A stretch of 33,839 nt of DNA from the sequence record MK433578.1. The stretch is one strand, 5' to 3'. The notes beneath the pieces were generated by a model. It was not told the DNA's origin. It was given only the letters and a program-made list of their open reading frames with translations, and made no database searches. A program made the translations under genes and the position numbers. Of this stretch, positions 9,138 through 17,262 are shown piece after piece (position 1 is the first letter of the stretch; each line of letters opens with the position of its first letter). The stretch is from Klebsiella phage ST15-OXA48phi14.1.

Positions 9138-9162
9138 GCCCGCCAGTTCAGGCGGGCTTTTT
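9138..9162 (+). terminator. Rho-independent terminator after the two-gene cargo operon
   Basis: Stem GCCCGCC / GGCGGGC (9138-9144 and 9151-9157), loop AGTTCA, followed by TTTTT (9158-9162). Confidence 0.7.
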
Positions 9163-9206
9163 CATATCTCATGCAGGTGCATGAAAACCACTACACAAAG
9201 CGGGCA

Positions 9207-9225
9207 GGCGTGGCGGGGATACGAG
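9207..9225 (+). other. Candidate cos cohesive-end site (186-like GGCGTGGCGGGGA...)
   Basis: GGCGTGGCGGGGATACGAG shares its first 13 nt with the 186 cohesive end as I recall it (GGCGTGGCGGGGAAAGCAT; P2 is GGCGAGGCGGGGAAAGCAC). It is a GC-rich island in an AT-rich intergenic region. Orientation relative to Q (leftward, to its right) matches P2. The 3' six positions do not match. Confidence 0.4.
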
Positions 9226-9304
9226 CGCGCGCAACAGGTAAACCCCTAGACTTGTTAAAATATTTGTCATATAAATCAAACATCAAACCTAAGGGAGGCA
9301 GAGG

Positions 9305-10738
9305 ATGATCCAGCCAAAAGTTTTTATATCCTATAGTTGGTCAAGTAAAACTCATCAGCAACATATCAAAGATATGGCTGAACGATTGGCGGCAGATGGA
9401 GTTGAAACTGTCATAGATATTTATGACTTGAAAGAAGGGGATGATAAAAATTATTACATGGAAAGAATGGTTCAAGATGAAACGGTTACGCATGTTTTAG
9501 TCATTTGTGATAAAAAATACTCAGAAAAAGCCGATTTAAGAAAAGATGGTGTCGGTGTTGAGTCGATGATAATTTCCCAGGAAATATATTCATCCGTGTC
9601 GCAGTCCAAATTTATACCATTAATATTTGAGTACAAAGATAATGGAGAGCCGTATACTCCAATCTTTCTGAAGTCTAGAATCTATATTGATTTTTCAACA
9701 CCAGAAAAAGAAAATGATAATTGGGAACGTTTGATCAGGTTGCTTTATGGAAAACCAGAATTTACTAAGCCACCATTAGGTAAGCCTCCGGTTTATTTAG
9801 AGCAAGACACGTCAAAACCGACGTATGAAATTCATGCAAAATTTCAAACTTTAAAATCAGCTGTCTTAAATCAAAAGCAGACATTAAAGGATTGCAGAAG
9901 GCAATTTTTAGAGGTGTGCCGAAATTATTGTATCTCACTACAAGTCGTAACAAACCCAACTACTGAAGATTTTGCAGCGGAAGTTTTGCAAATTCATAAA
10001 GAGCTTATTGCCGTTAGGGATGCCATTACAGACTGGGTTTTACTTGAGGGTGATACGCAGGGCGAAGACTTTTCCAAAGCACTATTACAGTTTATGGAAG
10101 TAATGTTAGCGATTAGAAATCGTCCGAAAAATGTAAGTTCATATAATGAAATATGGTTTTTGCCCCATCAGATTTTTGCGTATGAAACGTTTTTATATAT
10201 TTTGGCGGCTTTAATAAAAATTGAAGCTTTCCAGCATGTACATACATTACTGCATACATCTTATTTGCTACCCGATCATATAACCAGTCCGGGAATGGAG
10301 TTTGCTAATTACAGTGAGTTATATTTAAGCTCTGATTACCTTCAAAGTAAATTGTCCCCTGAAAACTATCGACTGTATTCCCCTGTTGCTGAGTTAGTAA
10401 AGCAAAGTGCAACTAGAGATGATGTGTCTTTCGATGATCTGAAACAAGCTGATCTTGTTGCTCTTATGATATCCTTCATTAATCCCGGTATTTTTTGGTA
10501 CCCGCAAATGTTGTTGTATTCCGGTCACTATGAGAAATATCCTCTATTTACAAGAGCAATACAGCATAGAGGATTCAAGAGTATTGCAGTTATTACCGGA
10601 ATCGATGACAGTAAACTTTTGGCTCAAAAGCTGACAGAGGGTGAGGCCCAGCGAAATACTAGCAACTGGTATCATTTCGGTTTTAATAGAGACTTTCTCA
10701 ATCAAATGAATGTTAGTCGTCTAGATAGTATTGAATGA
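9305..10738 (+). CDS. TIR/SEFIR-like domain protein (N-terminal about 150 aa) with a roughly 320-aa C-terminal domain of unknown function; candidate single-gene anti-phage effector
   Basis: N-terminus KVFISYSWSSKTHQQHIKDMAERLAADGVETVIDIYDLKEGDD...VLVICDKKYSEKA matches the FISYS...D / V-ID--DL--GD / VLV-CS--Y TIR-2/SEFIR pattern (compare IL-17R SEFIR KVFITYSADH). Strong RBS AAGGGAGG. Very AT-rich gene, clearly lower GC than the phage. Lies in the A-to-Q hotspot. Confidence 0.65.
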   Translation: MIQPKVFISYSWSSKTHQQHIKDMAERLAADGVETVIDIYDLKEGDDKNYYMERMVQDETVTHVLVICDKKYSEKADLRKDGVGVESMIISQEIYSSVSQSKFIPLIFEYKDNGEPYTPIFLKSRIYIDFSTPEKENDNWERLIRLLYGKPEFTKPPLGKPPVYLEQDTSKPTYEIHAKFQTLKSAVLNQKQTLKDCRRQFLEVCRNYCISLQVVTNPTTEDFAAEVLQIHKELIAVRDAITDWVLLEGDTQGEDFSKALLQFMEVMLAIRNRPKNVSSYNEIWFLPHQIFAYETFLYILAALIKIEAFQHVHTLLHTSYLLPDHITSPGMEFANYSELYLSSDYLQSKLSPENYRLYSPVAELVKQSATRDDVSFDDLKQADLVALMISFINPGIFWYPQMLLYSGHYEKYPLFTRAIQHRGFKSIAVITGIDDSKLLAQKLTEGEAQRNTSNWYHFGFNRDFLNQMNVSRLDSIE

Positions 10739-10743
10739 AAATT

Positions 10744-10769
10744 AGAGAGCGCTTTGCAAAGCGCTCTCT
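10744..10769. terminator. Perfect 26-bp palindrome (AGAGAGCGCTTTG/CAAAGCGCTCTCT) between the convergent TIR-like gene and portal gene; likely bidirectional terminator
   Basis: Seen directly. 13-bp arms with no loop mismatch, T-rich flanks on both strands. Located in the 35-bp gap between two convergent stop codons. Confidence 0.6.
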
Positions 10770-10772
10770 GTA

Positions 10773-11807
10773 TTAGTTTTCAATATCTAAGGTGTAGGGC
10801 TCAAAGCGGATCACTTCTTCGCCCAGCCAGTCGTTAAGCTCCTGCAGTCGCTTCTGCAGCGGCATCAGCTCGTTGCGGACAAAGACGCGGCTGGCCTTTT
10901 CCACGTCACCGAACCCGCCGGTATTGTTGGGAATGATGCCCATCATCTGCGGGGGGACGCGGTGCGCAGCCATCATGTCATCACGGCTCACGTTTTTGAT
11001 ATTCAGAAACTCATCCTTTGCCGCTACTTCTGACAGTGGGATGATCTGGATGCCGTCCTTTTTACCGTTGGGCGAATACATAAACAGGTTGCGGAAGTTG
11101 CCCGGCCCTTTGGCGCTTTTCATGGCCTGACGGATGTTGTTCACGTCCTCCTGATTCTGTGCCGCATCAGTCATGTACATGATGAATCCGGCGTGACTGC
11201 CGTTGATGTAATACTTACGGCGAAACAGCGTAGCTGACTCGTTGAGCAGTGTTGAAGGGATCGCGGAGAGGTAGCCGGGAAGCCCGTAGATTTCCTGGTT
11301 AATGTCCGGTTCCATCAGGTGAAAGATGCTCCCTTTGGTGAACTCATAAGGCTGGGTGGTCATGCCGTACTGCACGAACCAGTAAGTATCAAGGTCAATC
11401 CCGCGCCGGGTGTACTTCGCCAGTGATGGCTCCAGTGACAGGACGCCACCCAGCCTGTTCGTCCGTTTTTCCAGATAGGCGTTACCGAACACCAGATAGT
11501 CCTGGACGAAACGGGCAAAAGCCTGCTGGCTGAGCAGGCGGTGGGGGATGTAGGTACTACTGAGAATGTCACGCTTAACCGCAATCGGTGAGCTGTGATG
11601 CACGGCTGCGCGATAGGTCCGCGCCAGCCCGTCAAAGCTCACCGGCGGCTCATACCAGCGGTCCATTTGCACACATTCTACGTAGTCCAGAAGTTCGCGG
11701 CGATCCAGTACCGGAATGGGATCGCCAAAGCTGAACGCCTGGGTAGTCGCTGCATCATTGGGTTGTACGTCAGGTGGCATCACATCCTGTGCGGTATTCT
11801 CAGTCAT
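10773..11807 (-). CDS. Q: Portal protein (P2 gpQ family)
   Basis: 344 aa. The position next to terminase P with overlapping start/stop and the size match P2 Q. Confidence 0.85.
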   Translation of the reverse strand: MTENTAQDVMPPDVQPNDAATTQAFSFGDPIPVLDRRELLDYVECVQMDRWYEPPVSFDGLARTYRAAVHHSSPIAVKRDILSSTYIPHRLLSQQAFARFVQDYLVFGNAYLEKRTNRLGGVLSLEPSLAKYTRRGIDLDTYWFVQYGMTTQPYEFTKGSIFHLMEPDINQEIYGLPGYLSAIPSTLLNESATLFRRKYYINGSHAGFIMYMTDAAQNQEDVNNIRQAMKSAKGPGNFRNLFMYSPNGKKDGIQIIPLSEVAAKDEFLNIKNVSRDDMMAAHRVPPQMMGIIPNNTGGFGDVEKASRVFVRNELMPLQKRLQELNDWLGEEVIRFEPYTLDIEN

Positions 11808-13570
11808 TAAAAAATCTCCACAATGTTGCTGGTATTGGCGGCTTCGCCCTGCAGCGGTTCGTTAAACAGTGCGTGCATCGTTGCCCAGGCCAGATCGGCG
11901 TGGCTGGCTTCTTCGCTGCGGCTGGCTTCGTAGGTAGGGCGGTTTCCGCTGGCGGTGGTGGCGCGGCGGATAGCCATAAATGACTGCGCAATGTCGGTGT
12001 GTCCGGCGTCAAACTCCAGACGGCGGTGGCTGATAATGTCGTATGCCTTGAGCACCAGGGCGTTTTTGACGTTGGGGTTATAGACAAACTCCCGCACGGC
12101 AGGGAAAAAGCCTTTTACGTTTTCATAAACACCGTGACCGACGCCGGTGGAGTCAATGCCGATGTAGGTCACGTTATACTGCTGCGTCAGTTTGCGGATG
12201 GCCTCTGCCTGGGCGCGGAAGTCCATTCCGCGCCACTGGTGACGCTCAAGGATGCGGAACTTACCGCCGGGAACCGTCGGTGGAGCAATGACTACGCAGC
12301 CAGCGCTGTCACCGTTCTGGGTACCTTTCGCCGGGTCATAGCCGATCCAGACTTCGCGCCAGCCGAACGGACGCAGGGCCAGCGCCTGAAAGTCTTCCCA
12401 GACTTCCCAGCTGTCCACCATGCAGGCCTGCAGGTCAGCCAGGGGGAAAACGGAGGCGAGATCGTCGATGAATTCACACATCAGCAGGTTCTGGTACTCG
12501 TCGGGGCTGTACTCCAGGCGCAGCTGGTCGAGGTCGAACAGGTTGCAGCCACCTCGCACGGCGTCCTCCACCGTCACGATCTGTCTGAACTGACCGTCAG
12601 CGCAAAGCAGACCGGCAGCAAGGGCTGAGTGGGTCAGGTCGATATCAACGCGATCAGCTTTTGCCCGCCCGCGATTGAACAGGGCGCCGGACCAGAACGG
12701 GTAAGCGCTGTGCGTCAGGCTGGAAGGCGTGGAGAAATAGGTCTGGCGCCATTTCTTGTGCAGCGCCATGCCGGAGGCGACTTTACGTAGCTCCTGAAAT
12801 TTCGGGATCCAGAAATACTCATCAAGATACAGGTTGCCGTGGTAGCTCTGTGCGGTGCGGGCGTTGGTCCCGAGAAAATACAGCGTGGCGCCGTTTGGCA
12901 GCACCATGGGATCGCCTTTTAATTCCACGTCGACTTCTTTGGCAAACTCGATGATGTACTGCTTAAAAACATGCGCCTGGGCTTTACTGGCTGACAGGAA
13001 AATCTGGTTTCGCCCTGTCATCAGGGCGTCCATCAGCGCTTCACGCGCGAAATAATACGTAGCGCCGATCTGGCGCGATTTAAGCACGTTGCGGATGCGG
13101 TGCTTAATTCCTGCTTCCCACCAGTGGCGCTGATATTCAAACATTCCGTTGCGGAAAATTTCTTCCAGCTTTTCGATCTGTTCGTCAGTAAACAGGTTCT
13201 TTTCTGGTGTCTTGCGGGGGCCGCGGTTGCGGTTTTGCACGTTGGGGTTAAGGTCCGCCTCATTACCGCCGTTGTTAAATTTACCGATGCGGGCGTGGCG
13301 CTCGGACTGGCGCGCCAGCAGGTCTATTTCTTTAAAGTCTTTCCCTTCCTTGTGCTCCTTCATGATGAGCTGGCAATAGCGGGCGGCAGTGGTGAGCTGC
13401 ATCTGATCGAGTGGGCCATATTCGCCCCACTTGTCGCGCTTTTTCCAGCTGTGAACGGTTGCAACTTTTTCGCCCAGCATTTCAGCAATGCGGGCTACGC
13501 GGTATCCCTGAAAATACAGCAGTAATGCCTGCCTGCGGGGATCGAGGTCTGCGGGGGTCATCGTTTCCAT
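11807..13570 (-). CDS. P: Terminase large (ATPase) subunit (P2 gpP family)
   Basis: 587 aa, matching the P2 gpP size. Leftward operon with Q. Confidence 0.85.
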   Translation of the reverse strand: METMTPADLDPRRQALLLYFQGYRVARIAEMLGEKVATVHSWKKRDKWGEYGPLDQMQLTTAARYCQLIMKEHKEGKDFKEIDLLARQSERHARIGKFNNGGNEADLNPNVQNRNRGPRKTPEKNLFTDEQIEKLEEIFRNGMFEYQRHWWEAGIKHRIRNVLKSRQIGATYYFAREALMDALMTGRNQIFLSASKAQAHVFKQYIIEFAKEVDVELKGDPMVLPNGATLYFLGTNARTAQSYHGNLYLDEYFWIPKFQELRKVASGMALHKKWRQTYFSTPSSLTHSAYPFWSGALFNRGRAKADRVDIDLTHSALAAGLLCADGQFRQIVTVEDAVRGGCNLFDLDQLRLEYSPDEYQNLLMCEFIDDLASVFPLADLQACMVDSWEVWEDFQALALRPFGWREVWIGYDPAKGTQNGDSAGCVVIAPPTVPGGKFRILERHQWRGMDFRAQAEAIRKLTQQYNVTYIGIDSTGVGHGVYENVKGFFPAVREFVYNPNVKNALVLKAYDIISHRRLEFDAGHTDIAQSFMAIRRATTASGNRPTYEASRSEEASHADLAWATMHALFNEPLQGEAANTSNIVEIF

Positions 13571-13616
13571 GGCACAAACATACGGCCTTGCCTGGCGCCT
13601 TTCCCCGGCTGGCCTT

Positions 13617-13634
13617 TGTATGGTTTACCGCACA
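13617..13634. promoter_or_regulatory. TGT-N12-ACA Ogr/Delta activator site in the divergent P/O late promoter region
   Basis: TGTATGGTTTACCGCACA is an exact match to the TGT-N12-ACA late-promoter dyad of the P2 family. It sits between the P start (13570) and the O start (13711). Confidence 0.6.
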
Positions 13635-13710
13635 AGGTCCGCGCGTTGTTTCACCCCCTCCATCGCAGCAACCATAAGGCCTCACAGAGTTATTTGATGG
13701 AGTCGGTCAC

Positions 13711-14544
13711 ATGGCTGTAAAAGCAAAGCGCTTCCGCATCGGTGTGGAAGGGGCAACGACAGACGGGCGCAATATTGAGCGTGCCTGGCTGGAACAGATG
13801 GCGGCGAGCTATGACCCGCAGGTGTATACCGCGTTGATTAATCTGGAGCACATCAAGGGTTACACCCCTGATAGCCCATTCCGCCGTTTCGGGACCGTGG
13901 ATAAGCTGGAGGCAGAGGAGATTGCAGACGGCCCGCTGAAAGGGAAAATGGCCCTGTATGCGTGGATCACCCCGTCAGAGGACCTGGTGGCGTATACCCG
14001 TAATCTGCAAAAGCTGTTTACCTCGATGGAAGTCAATACCAGTTTTGCCGATACCGGCAAAGCCTACCTGGTTGGCCTGGCGGCGACGGATGATCCCGCA
14101 AGCCTCGGTACTGAAATGCTGCAGTTTAGCGCCAGCGCCAGAAGTAACCCCCTGGCAGGCCGCAAGCAAAACCCTGAAAACCTATTTTCCGCCGCAGAAG
14201 AAACGCTGATCGAGTGGGAAGAAGTCCAGGACGAAAAGCCCTCCCTGTTTTCCCGCGTTGCCGCGATGTTCACCAAAAAAGAACAGAACGATGAAGCGCG
14301 TTTTTCTGACGTGCATCGCGCGGTGGAGCTGATTGCTACTGAACAGCAAAACCTGAGCGAACGCACTGATCACTCCCTGTCTGCGCAGGATGCGCGCATT
14401 GCTGAGCTGGAAGTCTCCCTGCAGGAACAGCAGACCGCTTTTGCTGAACTGGAGCAGCGGCTGAGCCAGGAAGACAGCCGCAAAGATTATCGCCAGCGCG
14501 CGCCGGGCGGAAACGCACCGGCAGGCACACTGACCAATTGCTGA
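13711..14544 (+). CDS. O: Capsid scaffolding protein (P2 gpO family)
   Basis: 277 aa. MAVKAKRFRIGVEGATTDGRNIE...LINLEHIKG and the C-terminus ...TLTNC closely parallel P2 gpO (which ends ...MTNC). Confidence 0.9.
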   Translation: MAVKAKRFRIGVEGATTDGRNIERAWLEQMAASYDPQVYTALINLEHIKGYTPDSPFRRFGTVDKLEAEEIADGPLKGKMALYAWITPSEDLVAYTRNLQKLFTSMEVNTSFADTGKAYLVGLAATDDPASLGTEMLQFSASARSNPLAGRKQNPENLFSAAEETLIEWEEVQDEKPSLFSRVAAMFTKKEQNDEARFSDVHRAVELIATEQQNLSERTDHSLSAQDARIAELEVSLQEQQTAFAELEQRLSQEDSRKDYRQRAPGGNAPAGTLTNC

Positions 14545-14560
14545 TGGAGCATAAGAACCA

Positions 14561-15625
14561 ATGAAAAAGAAAACCCGTTTTGCCTTTAACGCCTACCTGC
14601 AGCAGCTGGCACGCCTGAACAACGTGGAAGTGGAAGAACTTTCCAGCAAATTCACCGTTGAGCCGTCGGTACAGCAGACGCTGGAAGACCAGATCCAGCA
14701 GTCCGCTGCCTTTCTGACACTGATTAACATCACCCCGGTGGATGAGCAGTCAGGCCAGCTGCTGGGTCTGGGTGTCGGTAGCACGATTGCCGGTACCACG
14801 GATACCACCACCAAAGAGCGCGAACCAACTGACCCGACAGTGATGGCGGACGTGGAATACAAATGCGAACAGACCAACTTTGATACGGTGCTGACCTACG
14901 CAAAGCTGGACCTGTGGGCAAAATTCCAGGACTTCCAGGTGCGGATCCGTAACGCCATCGTGAAGCGCCAGGCTCTGGACCGCATCATGATCGGGTTCAA
15001 CGGCGTGAAGCGTGCCAAAACCTCTGACCGCGACGCCAACCCGATGCTGCAGGACGTAAATAAGGGCTGGCTGCAAAAAATCCGCGAAGATGCGCCGGAT
15101 CATGTCATGGGCAGCGAAACCAAAGACGGCGTGACCACCAAAGGCGCTGTGAAGGTTGGTAAGGGTGGCGATTATGCCAACCTGGACGCCGTGGTGATGG
15201 ATGCGGTCAACGAGCTGATCGACCCGGTATATCAGGATGATGATGATCTGGTGGTGGTCTGTGGCCGTGAGCTGCTGTCTGACAAGTATTTCCCGCTGGT
15301 TAACAAAGACCAGGAGAACACGGAGAAGCTGGCCGCTGATCTGATCATCAGCCAGAAACGCATGGGTGGCCTGCAGGCTGTACGCGCGCCGTATTTCCCT
15401 GCGAATGCACTGCTGATCACCCGCCTGGATAACCTGTCCATTTACTGGCAGGAAGATACCCGCCGTCGTTCTGTTATCGATAACCCGAAACGTGACCGGA
15501 TCGAGAATTTCGAGTCCGTCAATGAAGCGTATGTGGTTGAGGATTACCGCTGTGCGGCGCTGGTCGAAAACATCCAGATGGGGGATTTCAGCGCGCCAGC
15601 TGTACCGGAAGGCGAGGGGGCGTAA
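14561..15625 (+). CDS. N: Major capsid protein (P2 gpN family)
   Basis: 354 aa. TRFAFNAYL...FTVEPSVQQTL...DLWAKFQDFQVRIRNAIVKRQALD collinear with P2 gpN. Confidence 0.9.
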   Translation: MKKKTRFAFNAYLQQLARLNNVEVEELSSKFTVEPSVQQTLEDQIQQSAAFLTLINITPVDEQSGQLLGLGVGSTIAGTTDTTTKEREPTDPTVMADVEYKCEQTNFDTVLTYAKLDLWAKFQDFQVRIRNAIVKRQALDRIMIGFNGVKRAKTSDRDANPMLQDVNKGWLQKIREDAPDHVMGSETKDGVTTKGAVKVGKGGDYANLDAVVMDAVNELIDPVYQDDDDLVVVCGRELLSDKYFPLVNKDQENTEKLAADLIISQKRMGGLQAVRAPYFPANALLITRLDNLSIYWQEDTRRRSVIDNPKRDRIENFESVNEAYVVEDYRCAALVENIQMGDFSAPAVPEGEGA

Positions 15626-15628
15626 CGC

Positions 15629-16279
15629 ATGAGCCTGAGTCCCGCACGGCAGCACCGCCTGCGCGTCCAGGCTGAACAGGCCGCCCGACAGGGCGGCAAT
15701 GTTCGCCACGCGACGGGGTATGACCTGATGCTGATGCAGCTGGCGGAGGACCGCCGCCGCCTGAAAGGTATCCAGTCCACCGTGAAGAAAGCCCAAATCA
15801 AAGTGGAACTGCTGCCCCGTTATTCCGCCTGGGTGGAGGGGGTGCTGGTTGCTGATGGTGCCCGGCAGGATGACGTGGTGATGTTTGTGATGCTCTGGCG
15901 TATCGATGCCGGTGATTATGCCGGTGCGCTGGATGCAGGGCGTCATGCGCTGCGGCACGGATGGGTGATGCCCATCGGAAACCGTAACGTCCAGACGGTG
16001 CTGGCAGAGGAAATGGCAGACGCTGCGCAGGCCGCTCTGCTGGCAGGTGAATCTTTCGATGCCGGGTTGTTACTGCAGACACTGGAGCTGACAGACGGCC
16101 AGGATATGCCAGACCAGTCACGGGCACGCCTGCATAAAGCGATTGGCGCTGTACTGACCGAAACCAGCCCGGCCTCCGCCCTGAATCACATCAATCATGC
16201 GCTGCAGCTTGATCCACGCTGTGGCGTCAAAAAAGAAAAACAGCAGCTGGAGCGCAGATTGCGCAATGACAGCCGTTAA
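15629..16279 (+). CDS. M: Terminase small/endonuclease subunit (P2 gpM family)
   Basis: 216 aa, following N as in P2. Confidence 0.8.
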   Translation: MSLSPARQHRLRVQAEQAARQGGNVRHATGYDLMLMQLAEDRRRLKGIQSTVKKAQIKVELLPRYSAWVEGVLVADGARQDDVVMFVMLWRIDAGDYAGALDAGRHALRHGWVMPIGNRNVQTVLAEEMADAAQAALLAGESFDAGLLLQTLELTDGQDMPDQSRARLHKAIGAVLTETSPASALNHINHALQLDPRCGVKKEKQQLERRLRNDSR

Positions 16280-16375
16280 CGGAACGTGCCCCGCGCACGG
16301 GCGGCACGGGGTGGCGAAAGGCTTTTGCCACATCAAAACCCCGTCCACCGCCCACTATTTCAGGAGAAAGCCCGC

Positions 16376-16840
16376 ATGAAGTTTGTTGCGCCTGAGCAGG
16401 CGCCGGAACAGGCGGAAATTATCAAAAATACGCCGTTCTGGCCCGATGTTGATTTATCAGAGTTTCGCAGCGTGATGCGGACGGATGGCACGGTGACGTC
16501 CCCCCGTCTCGGACAACTCATCCGGTCTGCGATGTCAGAGGTCAATGCGGAGCTGTACGACTTCCGCAAACGCCAGCAGGCGCTGGGATTTATGACGCTG
16601 GCCGATGTACCGGCGGACTTGCTGGACGGTAAAAGCGAACGTATTCACCACTACCACAACGCCGTTTATTGCTGGGCACGTGCGCAGGTGAATGAGCGTT
16701 ACCAGGACTACGACGCCACGGCCTCCGGTGCGAAAAGGGGGGATGAGCTGGCGGAGGCCAGCGGCGACCTGTGGCGTGATGCTCGCTGGGCAATCAGCCG
16801 GGTCCAGGATGCGCCTCACTGTACGGTGGAGCTGATCTGA
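16376..16840 (+). CDS. L: Head completion/stabilisation protein (P2 gpL family)
   Basis: ATG at 16376 with RBS CAGGAGAAAG. 154 aa. The track start at 16286 is an extension lacking an RBS. Confidence 0.75.
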   Translation: MKFVAPEQAPEQAEIIKNTPFWPDVDLSEFRSVMRTDGTVTSPRLGQLIRSAMSEVNAELYDFRKRQQALGFMTLADVPADLLDGKSERIHHYHNAVYCWARAQVNERYQDYDATASGAKRGDELAEASGDLWRDARWAISRVQDAPHCTVELI

Positions 16841-17043
16841 TGAAAGTGCGTGCGTACCAGGGTGACACGGTGGACGCGCTTTGCTGGCGTCATTACGGAC
16901 GCACGCAGGGCGTCACGGAGCAGGTACTGCAGGCAAATCCGGGGCTGGCTGAGCACGGCCCGTTCTTACCACACGGGCTGCAGGTGGAGCTGCCGGATAT
17001 TGCCACCACTTCCACGGTGCAGACCGTCCAGTTATGGGACTGA
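16840..17043 (+). CDS. X: Tail protein X (P2 gpX family)
   Basis: 67 aa, MKVRAYQGDTVDALCWRHYGRTQGVTEQVLQANPGLAEHGPFLPHGLQVELPD; same length and motif pattern as P2 X. Confidence 0.85.
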   Translation: MKVRAYQGDTVDALCWRHYGRTQGVTEQVLQANPGLAEHGPFLPHGLQVELPDIATTSTVQTVQLWD

Positions 17044-17046
17044 AAT

Positions 17047-17262
17047 ATGACGCTTGAACGGATCAGCGCCTTCATCACGTACTGCATCGCTGTACTGCTG
17101 GCATGGATGGGGGATTTATCGCTTAAGGATGTGTCGACAGTGGGCGGTGTGTTGATTGGCGTGCTGATGCTGGCCATCAACTGGTACTACAAACACAAAA
17201 CCTACCAGCTGCTGCGCGGCGGAAAAATTACACAGGGGGAATATGAATCCTTCAACCGTTAA
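17047..17262 (+). CDS. Holin (small, two hydrophobic segments; possible pinholin)
   Basis: 71 aa with two TM-like stretches and a charged C-terminus. Immediately upstream of and overlapping the endolysin gene. Confidence 0.6.
   Translation: MTLERISAFITYCIAVLLAWMGDLSLKDVSTVGGVLIGVLMLAINWYYKHKTYQLLRGGKITQGEYESFNR

Noticed and set aside
9099-9308. 69-aa ORF spanning the intergenic region between the membrane-protein operon and the TIR-like gene
   Set aside because: Runs through the intrinsic terminator hairpin and the cos-like GC island. No RBS. Arg-rich translation of a GC-rich non-coding stretch.
11999-12628. 209-aa plus-strand ORF inside terminase P (opposite strand)
   Set aside because: Antisense to a conserved terminase ATPase gene, with no independent support.
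14750-15958. 402-aa minus-strand ORF antisense to major capsid gene N and terminase M
   Set aside because: Lies entirely inside well-supported GC-rich structural genes on the opposite strand. Low-complexity His/Gln/Arg-rich translation typical of antisense frames in high-GC DNA. No RBS.
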